Shown here: piece after piece, positions 21,414 through 31,823 of the stretch
How the letters are laid out: each line of letters opens with the position of its first letter
Position numbering within the stretch: the first letter of the stretch is position 1
Assembly (NCBI GenBank): GCA_002368195.1
Contig: AP018178.1
Location: 5,401,286 to 5,465,285, forward strand
DNA: 64,000 nt
DNA from: Calothrix sp. NIES-2100
GTDB lineage: Bacteria; Cyanobacteriota; Cyanobacteriia; Cyanobacteriales; Nostocaceae
Direction of reading: 5' to 3'
Notes under the pieces: model-generated
The model's database searches: none
Told to the model about the DNA's origin: nothing
What the model saw: the letters and a program-made list of their open reading frames with translations, nothing else
Translations under genes and position numbers: made by a program

Positions 21414-21479
21414 CTTACCTAGCTCCTAATATCAATGAATGCCTAGAAAACTTATTAACTATTGAATGCACTTTGCTAT

Positions 21480-22376
21480 CTAACGATAGAAGCGTTGCCG
21501 AATATAAATTGCCACACCATTAAGAACTAAAATCAAACTTAGCAAAGCAATAATTGTTGCTGCTGCTGCATTAGCAAAACCCGGTTCTGGACGAGTAATG
21601 TAACTGTAAATTTGAATTGGTAATGCCATAAATCTCTGGAACAAACCAGGATTAAAGGTAAGAAACCCCACAGCACCAACAACAATTAGAGAAGCTGCAT
21701 CACCAATGGCGCGGGATACAGAAATAATTACGCCTGTGAGAATACCAGGTACAGCATAAGGTAGGACATGATGACTAATTGTCCGCCATTTTGTAACACC
21801 TAAGCCGTAAGAAGCATTTCTGATTGAATCAGGAACGGCGCGAATTGCTTCTCTAGATGTCACAATAATCACTGGCAAAGATAGCAAAGATAAAGTCAAT
21901 GCTCCAGAAATTAACGCCGGGCCAAAGCCAAGCAAATAATTAAAAACCCCTAAACCCAGCAAGCCGTAAACAATCGAAGGTACACCCGCCAAATTGCTGA
22001 TATTGATCTCAATAATTGCTGTCCACCAGGCTTTTGGTGCATATTCTTCAAGATATAAAGCTGCTCCCACACCAATTGGTACCGTCACAAACAGGACAAC
22101 AAGCCCTAAAAGAATGCTGCTGATAATAGCCGGACGGATACCGCCGTCTTCAGGGAAACGAGAAGGAGTTTCCGTCAAAAATCCAGGTGTCAAAAATCTC
22201 CCTAATCCGTCTTTTAAAATATCAAAAAGTAGCAACGCTAGGACGAATACACCAATCAGCAACCCTAACAAAAAAAGTACTTCAAATACTTTCCCTAATT
22301 TTTCTCTACTCTCAACATTATCAGTAAATTCTGTTGCTGAATTAAAAGAATCATCTCGTTGATAAGCTCTAGCCAT
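21480..22376 (-). CDS. pstA: Phosphate ABC transporter permease PstA
   Basis: Polytopic permease with an EAA-like loop, in pstSCAB gene order. Confidence 0.85.
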   Translation of the reverse strand: MARAYQRDDSFNSATEFTDNVESREKLGKVFEVLFLLGLLIGVFVLALLLFDILKDGLGRFLTPGFLTETPSRFPEDGGIRPAIISSILLGLVVLFVTVPIGVGAALYLEEYAPKAWWTAIIEINISNLAGVPSIVYGLLGLGVFNYLLGFGPALISGALTLSLLSLPVIIVTSREAIRAVPDSIRNASYGLGVTKWRTISHHVLPYAVPGILTGVIISVSRAIGDAASLIVVGAVGFLTFNPGLFQRFMALPIQIYSYITRPEPGFANAAAATIIALLSLILVLNGVAIYIRQRFYR

Positions 22377-22482
22377 GTTTGTCAGTTGTCAGTTGTCAGT
22401 TTTCAGTTTTCATTGGGCATTGGGCATTTAATATTTCTCCTCATCCCCTTGTCCCCCTAACACCTTGCCCCTCTGCCTTCTA

Positions 22483-23436
22483 TTACTCGTACTTTTCCTT
22501 AAAGCGATTAGAAATCCAATAACTCACAATATTTAAAACTAAGGTGAGCAGAAATAAAACAGCACCTACAGCATATAAAGTCTGGAAATTGAGGCTACCA
22601 CGGGGACTATCTCCACCAGAAATTTGCGCCATATAAGCTGTCATTGTTTCAACTGATTCTGCGAAATTAATAGTAAGTTTTGGCTGTTGTCCGGCGGCGA
22701 TAATTACAGTCATAGTTTCACCCACCGCGCGAGAAGTACCCAAAATAATTGAGGCGATAATTCCAGACAGCGCTGCTGGTAATACTACTCTAAAAATTGT
22801 TTCCAATTTAGTAATACCTAAAGCGTAGGCTCCCTCTCTTAAAGAACGGGGAACTGCGCGAATAGCATCTAAACTGATAGAACCAACAGTAGGAGTAATC
22901 ATTACTCCCATCATTAACCCTGCACTCAAGGCGTTGAAAATTTCCAGGGGGAAAAAATTTCGTAGTAATGGTGTGACAAATAACAGTGCAAAATAGCCAT
23001 AGACTACCGTTGGTATCCCTGCCAAAAGTTCCACCGCCGGACGTAAAATTGCTGCTACTTTAGGTTGAGCATATTCACTTAAATAAATCGCCGAAGATAA
23101 ACCTAAAGGAATCGCCACCGTCATTGCGATCGCTGTAGTTAAGAAAGTACCATTAATTAAAGGCCAAATACCAAAATGTTTCTCTGCAAACAGAGGTGTC
23201 CATTTAGTATCCAGAAAGAATTGCGCAAACGAAACTTCTTTGAAAAAACCAATTGTCTCCTGAAAGATAATTAGGACGATGCCAAAGGTGGTAAATACCG
23301 AAACTAAAGCACAAGCAAATAAAATTGCCGCAACAATATTTTCTTGGATATCTTCAGATGCATTTTTATCTAGTGACTGCCTAGAACGTTGAAAAGAATC
23401 TTCTGCAAAATTTGAATGTTGCATAAAATTTGTCAT
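22483..23436 (-). CDS. pstC: Phosphate ABC transporter permease PstC
   Basis: Polytopic permease immediately downstream of pstS. Confidence 0.85.
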   Translation of the reverse strand: MTNFMQHSNFAEDSFQRSRQSLDKNASEDIQENIVAAILFACALVSVFTTFGIVLIIFQETIGFFKEVSFAQFFLDTKWTPLFAEKHFGIWPLINGTFLTTAIAMTVAIPLGLSSAIYLSEYAQPKVAAILRPAVELLAGIPTVVYGYFALLFVTPLLRNFFPLEIFNALSAGLMMGVMITPTVGSISLDAIRAVPRSLREGAYALGITKLETIFRVVLPAALSGIIASIILGTSRAVGETMTVIIAAGQQPKLTINFAESVETMTAYMAQISGGDSPRGSLNFQTLYAVGAVLFLLTLVLNIVSYWISNRFKEKYE

Positions 23437-23496
23437 TTGTCATTTGTCATTTGTCATTTGTCCCCCGGTTGCTGAGCGAAGTCGAAGCACTGCTTT

Positions 23497-24498
23497 TTAA
23501 ATAAAGTTTGTAATCGGCTCACCTGGTTTGGCTTTTTTGAATTTTGTGCCAGTTTCACCAGTAGCAAATTTTTGTTTTACCTTGACGTAAGCTTCATCAG
23601 GTAGTGCTACGTAACCAACGCTATCTACCCACTTCCAAGAATTTTCTAGATAAAAATCGACAAATTCTTTGACTGCTGGCTTGTTATCTAAGGATTTTTT
23701 ACTGACATAAATAAACAGGGGACGAGATAAAGGTGTGTAGACATTTTTGATCACATTATCTACGGGAACTGGTTTTTCACATTTCCCTGTAGGACTTTCT
23801 ACAGCAACTAAATTGAGTTTTTCCTGGTTTTGAATGTAGTAAGATATGCCTACATAACCTAAGGCTGATGCATCACCGGCTACCCCTTGCACCAGCAGGT
23901 TTTGATTGTGGCTAGGAGTGTAATCGGTACGTCCATTTTTGGCTTTTCCTGTAACAGCCTGAGTCAGATAATCAAACGTTCCTGTATCTGAAGCGGGAGC
24001 ATAAAGCTTCATTTTTTGGTTAGGAAACTTAGGATTAACTTGATTCCAATTTAATATTTTTCCATCTGATTTAGCACTCCAAATCTTTTTTAGTTCATCA
24101 ATAGTTAGGCATTTAGCAAAGTTATTTTGACGATTGGCAATTATAGCAATTCCGTCTAAAGCTATGGGCAACTCGACAAATTCAATCTTCTTACTATTAC
24201 ATTTTTTGATTTCTTCATCTCGAATTGTCCGAGAAGCACCAACAATATCAATATCACCATTACAAAATTTGCTGATACCGCCTCCAGTACCACTTGAAGC
24301 AACGCTCACTTGAGCTTCCGGTTTAAACTTTTCGTATTCTTCAGCAACTGCTAGCGAAATGGGGAAACCTACTGCTGCACCATCAATACTCACTTGATTT
24401 TTTAGTTGTTGTCCGCTATTACAAGCAGTAATATTGCTAGCAATGAGCATTAAAGATGCTAAAAAAAAGCTATTCTGAAATCGGCTCCAAAGACTCAT
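23497..24498 (-). CDS. pstS: Phosphate-binding protein PstS (lipoprotein-type signal)
   Basis: Signal/lipobox (LIASNITAC) and PstS motif SSGTGGGISKF..G..DIVGASR. Confidence 0.85.
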   Translation of the reverse strand: MSLWSRFQNSFFLASLMLIASNITACNSGQQLKNQVSIDGAAVGFPISLAVAEEYEKFKPEAQVSVASSGTGGGISKFCNGDIDIVGASRTIRDEEIKKCNSKKIEFVELPIALDGIAIIANRQNNFAKCLTIDELKKIWSAKSDGKILNWNQVNPKFPNQKMKLYAPASDTGTFDYLTQAVTGKAKNGRTDYTPSHNQNLLVQGVAGDASALGYVGISYYIQNQEKLNLVAVESPTGKCEKPVPVDNVIKNVYTPLSRPLFIYVSKKSLDNKPAVKEFVDFYLENSWKWVDSVGYVALPDEAYVKVKQKFATGETGTKFKKAKPGEPITNFI

Positions 24499-24560
24499 AA
24501 ATTAATCAATTCCGATAATATTGATTGCAACTAACTCAGGCTGGATAAAAAAGTGAGCTT

Positions 24561-25724
24561 CTATACTTTTTTAGCAGCTTGAACTTTGTCAAAAATTGCC
24601 CCATTTTCAAAAAACTTTTTCTGAATATTATCCCAGCCACCTAAATCTTGAGAAGTAAATAAAGTTTGGACTGGAGGATATTGTGATGCAACTTCTTGAG
24701 TGACAGTCGGGTTAACTGGACGATATCCTAATTTAGCAAATTCGCGCTGGGCTTCTGTTGAGTAAAGAAAATCCACAAACGCTTGTGCAACTTCTCTTGT
24801 ACCATGCTGATCAACGTTTTTATCGACTATGGCTACAGGATTATCGATAGAAATGTTGACTTGGGGTACAACATAAGGCAATTTTGAGCCGTTTTTATCT
24901 GCCAAAATTATCTCATTTTCGTAGTTAATTAAAACATCTCCCTGATTTTGTTGGAAAAATAAATCGCTAGCTTCACGAGCATCTTTAGTGAGAATAGGGG
25001 CGTTTTGATAAACTTTAGTGAGATAATCTAAGGCTGTTGCATCGTCACCACCTGTGAGCGTGACCGAACCCCAAAAAGCTAAGAATTCCCAAATAGCAAT
25101 ACCAGAAGTTTTTGGGTTAGCTGCAATCAATTTTACGCCATCTTTTGCCAAGTCTTGCCAATTGTTAATGTTTTTGGGATTGCCTTCGCGGGTAACAATT
25201 GCAGCGACTGATCTACTAACAATACCATTTCTGGGAGATTTAATTTCCCAACCTGATTTAATCAAACCTGCTTGCTGAATTTTGTTGACATCTAAAGGTA
25301 GAGCGAGGTGTACTATATCTGCTGCTTGTGAGCCAGAAATCACAGCAGCAGCTTGAGCGCCAGAACCGCCATAACTTTGCTCAAAAATGACATTTTGATT
25401 GTGTTCTTGTTTCCACTTTTGCACAAATTTGGGAATTATTTGGTCATGGGCGGCTTTGGTAACTGAGAAGGAAACCAATCTCAGCTTGACATCAGATTTA
25501 CTAGCTGTACTGCTTCCCGAACAGGCAGCAACTAATAAACTAAAAAAAGTACCTACTAAAAATAGACTGACAACGCTTTGTAGGGAACGTCCATTGAACC
25601 AACTTCTAATTTTTTGTTGGTACAAAAGTTGCATAGTTTGCCAAATTTTCATGACATAAATCCGCATTCGCTCTGTTAGATCCGTACTTAATTGTGTCGG
25701 ATGTTGCGATTTGCTCATTTCCAA
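24561..25724 (-). CDS. sbp: Sulfate/thiosulfate-binding periplasmic protein homologue (Sbp/CysP family)
   Basis: Strong similarity to E. coli Sbp throughout (SYGGSG.QA..VI.G..AD...LAL..D...I...G.I...W, NPK.SG.A.W.FLA.WG, NISID.PVA.VDK.V...GT.EVA.A...FLYS.E.Q...A...YRP). The true start is probably an internal Met (MKIWQ or MQLL). Confidence 0.75.
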   Translation of the reverse strand: MEMSKSQHPTQLSTDLTERMRIYVMKIWQTMQLLYQQKIRSWFNGRSLQSVVSLFLVGTFFSLLVAACSGSSTASKSDVKLRLVSFSVTKAAHDQIIPKFVQKWKQEHNQNVIFEQSYGGSGAQAAAVISGSQAADIVHLALPLDVNKIQQAGLIKSGWEIKSPRNGIVSRSVAAIVTREGNPKNINNWQDLAKDGVKLIAANPKTSGIAIWEFLAFWGSVTLTGGDDATALDYLTKVYQNAPILTKDAREASDLFFQQNQGDVLINYENEIILADKNGSKLPYVVPQVNISIDNPVAIVDKNVDQHGTREVAQAFVDFLYSTEAQREFAKLGYRPVNPTVTQEVASQYPPVQTLFTSQDLGGWDNIQKKFFENGAIFDKVQAAKKV

Positions 25725-25883
25725 TCACCCCTAAATCTACGGTATTTTGAGCTAATTACCGTAATTAAAAAAAATTATACGATATATAGAACAAAAGTTC
25801 TCATCAAGCTTCATTTTTGTTTACTAAGTGAGCAATCGTTTATGAAGCAATTTCTCTACCACTTAAAAATAGCAAGATAGTTG

Positions 25884-25928
25884 AAAAAAACCTGGTTTTT
25901 ACTGCTATCAAGCCCAAAAACCAGGTTG
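25884..25928 (-). terminator. Rho-independent terminator reading on the minus strand
   Basis: 12-bp stem aacctggttttt/aaaaaccaggtt, followed on the minus strand by TTTTTTT. Confidence 0.5.
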
Positions 25929-26122
25929 TATTTATACATAATTTCCCGAAGAATTATGTCATTAGTAATACGTCATAGGGCTAACAAAAGAATTTTTTAA
26001 GGTTTTAAATCATGTTTGCGATAGATAAATTATTCATAAGGGCACAACAATGTTGTACCCCTAGCTATCTGTCGCCGTACCTTGATTTTAGTATAATTAT
26101 TTACATACTATTAGTAGTGATT

Positions 26123-27427
26123 CTACTTATTAGCTGTGGCTTCTAGCCAGACTTCCACATCGTCGGTGAGTAGCTTCTGTGCAGCTTCTAGCATTGAGCC
26201 GGCTATATCTTTGAGGTCTTCGCGATTACTTAAATAAGTTTTTAATGCTTCTAATGGATCAATGCTACTACTAGCAGTCAGTTCGGGAATGCGGGGTCTA
26301 GCTAGCTGACTCAGTAATTCTGGTTGAATGGTGTAGGTATGAGCAGAATTTAAAGCACTATGGAGTGAGGAGTTATCAATTAAATCTAATTGTTCCGAGC
26401 GGATTTTATAGATTAAGCGAACTACAGCATCTTGAAGATCATGTTTAGCGATCGCTTTGATTAATGCTGCTTGCGGATCTTCTGCCTTAGATAAATCTAC
26501 CTCAATTGTCCGAAAAGTCCGCACAGGTAAAGGACAAAACTTCCAATTAGTTCTACCTGGCTCTAATTCTACGATCACATAACCCTTGTCTTCTTTTTCT
26601 TCGCTAAAATCCACCCGCTCAATGCTTCCTGGATAAATCACCGGCGGATTGTTGGATTTATTCAGGTTTTGATGCTTGTGGACATGTCCTAGGGCGACAT
26701 AATCAAAACAAGGCCTTGTCAACAAAGATAAAGGTAAAGTAAAACCTTTCCCGACAGCTAACAAGCGTTCGGCTCCCAAGGTGGCATTGTCAGCCATTAA
26801 ATGTGCTAAGAGTACAGTAGGTACATCAGGGTCAAGACGACGAATTTCTGCTTCTAAAACAACTTGTAACCTGTCAGTTAACAGTTGATTGACTTCTGCA
26901 ATCGATAAACCTTCAGTTTCTTGGCGAGTCATTAACGTTGAACGTGTCAGCCAAGGTAGGGTAATGACTTGCACTTTACCATTACGGGTTTGGATTTCGT
27001 GGGTAGTTAAGGTATCACCCACAACAAAACCTCTGACTCCCAAGGTGCGGTAAATATTTAAACTCGCTCCTCCCAAGCCTTGGGAATGTTGGTCATGATT
27101 TCCTACCAACAGCACCGTCGGAATCTCTGCATCCACAAGACGGCGAAACTGGCTAGCAAAAGCTTCTTGGACATAAGGCGGTGGAGTTGCATCGGGAAAA
27201 GCATCGCCACCAAATATGACTAAATCTACAGGATCTGCGATCGCTCGGTCAATACATATAGATAATGTATTGACAAAATCCTCCAATCGTGTATTTAATC
27301 CTGTTACAGCATTGATGCGTCCGTGGGAGAAGCTACTCCCCATGTGGATATCTGACAGATGGAGGATTTTAATCATAATTAGTTTTTTGTTCTGAGTCAT
27401 TTGTCCTTTGTCTAATACTAATGACAA
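26123..27427 (-). CDS. SbcD/Mre11-family metallophosphoesterase (DNA-repair exonuclease subunit)
   Basis: ILHLSDIHMG ... GDAFPD ... GNHDQ ... calcineurin-like phosphoesterase motifs. The start may be the MIKIL Met at 27376. Confidence 0.7.
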   Translation of the reverse strand: MSLVLDKGQMTQNKKLIMIKILHLSDIHMGSSFSHGRINAVTGLNTRLEDFVNTLSICIDRAIADPVDLVIFGGDAFPDATPPPYVQEAFASQFRRLVDAEIPTVLLVGNHDQHSQGLGGASLNIYRTLGVRGFVVGDTLTTHEIQTRNGKVQVITLPWLTRSTLMTRQETEGLSIAEVNQLLTDRLQVVLEAEIRRLDPDVPTVLLAHLMADNATLGAERLLAVGKGFTLPLSLLTRPCFDYVALGHVHKHQNLNKSNNPPVIYPGSIERVDFSEEKEDKGYVIVELEPGRTNWKFCPLPVRTFRTIEVDLSKAEDPQAALIKAIAKHDLQDAVVRLIYKIRSEQLDLIDNSSLHSALNSAHTYTIQPELLSQLARPRIPELTASSSIDPLEALKTYLSNREDLKDIAGSMLEAAQKLLTDDVEVWLEATANK

Positions 27428-27445
27428 ATGACAAATGACTACTGA

Positions 27446-28171
27446 CTAAATATGAATTCCACATTCAGTTTTACCAGTTCCCCGCCAGCGTCCAGCGCGT
27501 TCGTCTTCACCTTCGCCTACTTTGGTGGTGATAGGTTCATCGCCAATGCTGGGATAGCCTTGGTCGTGCAGGGGGTTGTAAATTACTCCATGTTCAGCTA
27601 CGTAAGCCCAGCTATCTTTACGTGTCCAGTTAGCTAAGGGATTGACTTTCAAACGTCCTTGACTATCCAATTCCAAAAAGGGCATATTAGCACGGGTAAC
27701 TGCTTGGTCGCGGCGACGACCGGTAATCCAAGCGATGGTGTTAAGTTCGTCTAAACCCCTCATCAGTGGTTCAATTTTGGTAACGTGATGGAATTGGGTA
27801 ATATCTTTGTCCCAAAGTGCTTCGCCGTATTTAGCAATAAAGGCTTCGCGGCTATCTAAGTCTGGAGTTTTGTAGGTTTGCAAATCCAGGTTATAGATTT
27901 CTTTACTTTTAGCAACTAGTTCTAGAGTTTGGGGGAAGTGGAACAGGGTATCGAGAAAGATCACCGGGACTGGATGCTTCAGTTCACTATAAAGAATGTG
28001 GGTAATTATCATGTCATCCACGTTAAAGGCGCTGGTTTGCACCAGTCCTGTGGGGATATTTTCGATAGACCAGGCCAGTATCTCTTTAGGAGTCGCAGTT
28101 TCAAGTTGTTGATTTAACTGCTCTAAGTCAAATTTGCTTGTTTGGGATTCAGAGATCGTGGAAACTGTCAT
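27446..28171 (-). CDS. cysH: Phosphoadenosine phosphosulfate (PAPS) reductase CysH
   Basis: PAPS_reduct fold with the C-terminal ECGIH motif. Confidence 0.85.
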   Translation of the reverse strand: MTVSTISESQTSKFDLEQLNQQLETATPKEILAWSIENIPTGLVQTSAFNVDDMIITHILYSELKHPVPVIFLDTLFHFPQTLELVAKSKEIYNLDLQTYKTPDLDSREAFIAKYGEALWDKDITQFHHVTKIEPLMRGLDELNTIAWITGRRRDQAVTRANMPFLELDSQGRLKVNPLANWTRKDSWAYVAEHGVIYNPLHDQGYPSIGDEPITTKVGEGEDERAGRWRGTGKTECGIHI

Positions 28172-28528
28172 GATAATTTTCTAACTAAATAGTTCTTGAA
28201 CTTCGACAAAATTTATTTTACCTCATAAGGGTACACAAAAAGACACATAACCCGCTGGGGAATGAGGGATTATCATTTTCTGTAACTAGTAGTAGTTTAT
28301 ACTCGAAAAGTATATATTTGGTTAATGTCATCAAATCTGGATGTAGAAAGTTAAGCCAATTCTGCCTGGTGTCTAAATTTCAGCAATTGAGCAAAGTCGG
28401 AAATAAGTAATTACTACAGTATTTACTAAGAAACTTTACGTAATCTTAACTTTTACCGTATTTATATGGATATAGAATACAATCCTGATATTCTTAAGGA
28501 ATCCTTAACTTGCAGGGATCAATAAAAA

Positions 28529-28633
28529 ATGAACGATTCTAAAACTTCTGGTTCTTTGGGTGTATCTCTACTGATGGGCGTTCTGATCATGTTGACAAGC
28601 GCTAGCGTTATCACAATCATGAACGCATTTTAA
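28529..28633 (+). CDS. Putative 34-aa single-transmembrane peptide; not listed in the ORF track
   Basis: MNDSKTSGSLGVSLLMGVLIMLTSASVITIMNAF. An A-rich region lies upstream, and a strong terminator hairpin follows 35 nt downstream. Confidence 0.35.
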   Translation: MNDSKTSGSLGVSLLMGVLIMLTSASVITIMNAF

Positions 28634-28669
28634 AAAAAGCAATAAAATTTTAGCAAATAAACTTTACAA

Positions 28670-28698
28670 GCCCCTCTGCAATATCGCAGAGGGGCTTT
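28670..28698. terminator. Stable hairpin; probable bidirectional terminator
   Basis: gcccctctgc aatatc gcagaggggc with a flanking T-run. It lies downstream of both the small + ORF and the minus-strand GAF sensor gene. Confidence 0.55.
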
Positions 28699-28888
28699 AA
28701 CATTTATATTTGTCATTTGTCACTTTACATTTCGTCACTATCGAGGGGAAGCGCAGCCATTGGGTGGGAAAGGTTTTCAGGCTGGAAGCAAGTGGTATCC
28801 CAGACTGCAACTCCCTCACCATGTCACCGCGTCTCCCCGTCTTCATGTCAGCCAAAATCATACCCTTAGTCAAAAATGCCCATAATTA

Positions 28889-31189
28889 TCAGCTTTCTGT
28901 TGTGACCTCAGACGATCGCTCATAGAATACATTTCTCATTTCCGAGTTGTCATACTGGTCAGCAATTTTCAGAGCTACCACATCTTGGTAAGAAAAATTG
29001 CGTAAAGATGACATCATAGAGTTGATGCGATCGGCTTGCAGTTTCATTGATATCAGGATTTTAGGTAGTTTGTTAATCAGAAAATCCAAATTAATTGCTT
29101 CTGTCTGATAGGTAATTTCACCGTTTGGGTGAGGATAGTATGACTGATACAAACGCAAAAGTTCTAGCAATTTTTGGATGCTGTCGCTGATATCGGAAAG
29201 ATTAGTGGAGATAAAGTTAACAGGGTTTTGGATTTGGTGTGCGACACTCAATGCCCATAGTCCAACGCTGGACATTTTTTCACTTTTAATTAGTTTTGCC
29301 TGGGTTTTTTGGATTTGCTCGAGCGCTTGCACTAGGTGTTGTGCTTGTTCTGTGGCGGCTGATTCCGCAGCGCGACTGTTTTCATATAGTTGTGCGTGCT
29401 GAATAGTCAGCACCGCCTCATCAGCTAAATGCTGCAACAAATCAATTTCCTCATCTTGCCAATTTCTGGGTGCAAAACACTCATGAGCAATGATTAATCC
29501 CCATAATTGGTTACCCATTGTAATTGGGACAATTAAATTGGCTCTAATCTGGAGACTTTGTAAAAATTCTCGATGGCAAGGAGTTAAATCTGCTGAGGCT
29601 GTATTGTTGATCGCTCTGACTCTGCCGCGCAAGTAAAGACGGGCAGATTCTTCAGGAAAACATTCTAATGGTGTTCTCATCCCCAAAATCGAACGCAAGT
29701 TACTGTCTGCATCTTCAACAACTACTTCACCTTCGGAGTCATCGTGAAGTTTATAAATCAATACCCTGTCTGTTTTGAGCAATTTCCGCACTTCCTGCAC
29801 AAGAGTTTGCAAGGTGACCTTGTAGTCTAGATTGCTACGTATTTGATCGGAAACTTGCTTGATAACCCTGCTAAAATCTAAAGATTTTTGTAATTGAGCT
29901 GTGCGCTCTGCTACTAAACCTTCTAAATTAGAATTCAGTGTTTGTACTTGTTGGTACATTTGCTGTTGCTGAATTGCGATCGCAAATTGATCGGCTATAG
30001 CTTGTCCCAATGATATTTCTTCCGGCTTCCACTCAGGCGCTTGTCCTTTTTTCTCCTCTAGCCAAGCCGCAAATGAAAGCTGGGGTAGCCTTTGTCGCTC
30101 ATTGGTATCTCGTTGTCCTGCCCACAGAATTTCGCTGTCAAATTCAGTCCGAAAAATAGTTAAAATCCCAATAAAACTTTGACGGTAGTTCAGGGGAATT
30201 ACTAACATCCCCCGTATCTTTGTTGGTTGGAATAGGGGAGCTAGTTCTTGCCAATGAGGTTCTTTGTGGAGATCAGTAATTGCCCAAATGTTGCCTATTT
30301 TGCATTCAGCTATCCAGTCTTGCCATAGGGGATGCTGTTCCATGACAGTGTTTGCTTGTCCCTCTGGCAATGTTGGTTGTTCGCCACAAATGTATAATTC
30401 GGCATTCTGCTCAATGTAAAGCCTGCCGCCGATCGCACCAAAGGTGTCAATAGTCGCTTCTAATGCTGATTGGTACTGGATTGTGGGCAAGGCATGTAAG
30501 AGGGTGGTGATTTGGTTGGCGATCGCTTGTTGCTGTTTTTCTGCACGGGCTTGGCTGAGTAGGTAACTTTGGGCGATCGCCACTGCTATGTGATCGGCTA
30601 CTTGCTGTACTAATTGCAATTCCCGTTTTTCCACTGTTCGTGGTGTACTGTGGTGTGATACCAATAATCCCCACAGTCGCGGTTTTGCTAATTGGTCTTT
30701 GGGGTCGTGGTGTAAAATTGGCACTACTAGCGAAGACTGCACACCCATTGCCGTCAGGTAGTCAATATGGCATTGGTCTACTGCGCGATAGTAGAGATTT
30801 TCCCTACTAAGAGATTTGCCAGTTTCGGGACTGTCTAGTGGTGATAGTCCAATGCGCCCAGTGGCTACATTCACTATTGAGCGTTGTCGCGCCCGCAGAA
30901 ACAGATCTCGTGCTTCTTGGGGAATATCACTGGCGGGGAAGTGCAGCCCTAACACTGAAGGTAGACGCTGTTGATGTATAGATTCCGCAACGACTTCTCC
31001 ATTACCGTAGCTGTCAAACCGATATACCATCACCCGATCTGTGTTCAAAAATGAACGAATTTCTGTAACGCTGGTGGTTAATATGTCTTTGAGTTCGAGA
31101 GATTGCCTAATTCTGGTTGTTATGCGGTGTAACAAACTCTCTTCGGCAATTCTTGTGTCTAAATCATGTGAATAGTCAGGACTAATCAT
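28889..31189 (-). CDS. GAF-domain sensor with a HisKA dimerisation/phosphoacceptor domain but no HATPase_c catalytic domain (truncated histidine kinase)
   Basis: Two or three GAF domains (..RIRQSLELKDILTTSVTEIRSFLNTDRVMVYRF...) and the H-box VAHQIQNPVNF ... LRNFS. The ORF then stops within about 25 residues. No N/G1/G2 boxes are present in the 190 nt downstream. Confidence 0.75.
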   Translation of the reverse strand: MISPDYSHDLDTRIAEESLLHRITTRIRQSLELKDILTTSVTEIRSFLNTDRVMVYRFDSYGNGEVVAESIHQQRLPSVLGLHFPASDIPQEARDLFLRARQRSIVNVATGRIGLSPLDSPETGKSLSRENLYYRAVDQCHIDYLTAMGVQSSLVVPILHHDPKDQLAKPRLWGLLVSHHSTPRTVEKRELQLVQQVADHIAVAIAQSYLLSQARAEKQQQAIANQITTLLHALPTIQYQSALEATIDTFGAIGGRLYIEQNAELYICGEQPTLPEGQANTVMEQHPLWQDWIAECKIGNIWAITDLHKEPHWQELAPLFQPTKIRGMLVIPLNYRQSFIGILTIFRTEFDSEILWAGQRDTNERQRLPQLSFAAWLEEKKGQAPEWKPEEISLGQAIADQFAIAIQQQQMYQQVQTLNSNLEGLVAERTAQLQKSLDFSRVIKQVSDQIRSNLDYKVTLQTLVQEVRKLLKTDRVLIYKLHDDSEGEVVVEDADSNLRSILGMRTPLECFPEESARLYLRGRVRAINNTASADLTPCHREFLQSLQIRANLIVPITMGNQLWGLIIAHECFAPRNWQDEEIDLLQHLADEAVLTIQHAQLYENSRAAESAATEQAQHLVQALEQIQKTQAKLIKSEKMSSVGLWALSVAHQIQNPVNFISTNLSDISDSIQKLLELLRLYQSYYPHPNGEITYQTEAINLDFLINKLPKILISMKLQADRINSMMSSLRNFSYQDVVALKIADQYDNSEMRNVFYERSSEVTTES

Positions 31190-31598
31190 TCGGTATTTAT
31201 ACCTGGTGTTGAAGTATTAAAAGGTAGATGCACCGAAACCTGGATGACTGGAAAAGCTTGTTATCTCTCTAACTTTCAATTAAATACTTACGTATTTACA
31301 CATATTATAAAGTGTGATTGATAATAGAGACTAGAATTAATTAGTAAAAAATGTTGCTAAAATTTGGTTATATCTGCTTATGCGGTAAGTGTTGTGAGTT
31401 AGCAAAATCTTAGCAGAGAGTGATGTGCATGGTGCATGAAGTTAATCAATGAACAAAATAGAAAATAAGTATAAGTTTGTTAACAATAAATCAGCACTTG
31501 AAGTGTGAATTAATGTAGCGCTTGTGTGAGCAAAAGCTGATAATTCAGCGATCGCTCTACATTTAGATAACATTCTCTGATACCGAAAAATTCAGCGT

Positions 31599-31823
31599 TC
31601 ACAACAGCATTCTGAATTCATCACGGGTGATCTGGCAATCTCTGAGTATTTGCGCCAGCAAACCACGACCAATAGTTTCACCCGAATGTACAGGGACTAC
31701 CGTCCGGCGTCCATCACTATGTATGAGAATATGATGACTGCCACGTATCCTGGCAACCTCAAAACCTACTTTACCAAGTGCGTCAATGACTTGGTATCCA
31801 GTCACACTTGGCAATTGGCTCAT
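31599..31823 (-). CDS. hicA: HicA-family mRNA-interferase toxin
   Basis: 74 aa, GYQVIDALGKVGFEVARIRGSHHILIH...G..V.VP.H; YcfA/HicA signature. Confidence 0.8.
   Translation of the reverse strand: MSQLPSVTGYQVIDALGKVGFEVARIRGSHHILIHSDGRRTVVPVHSGETIGRGLLAQILRDCQITRDEFRMLL

Noticed and set aside
25751-25777. Calling a Pho box as a feature
   Set aside because: Only a loose resemblance to PyTTAAPyPy(T/A) repeats. It is kept as a remark in a finding rather than annotated.
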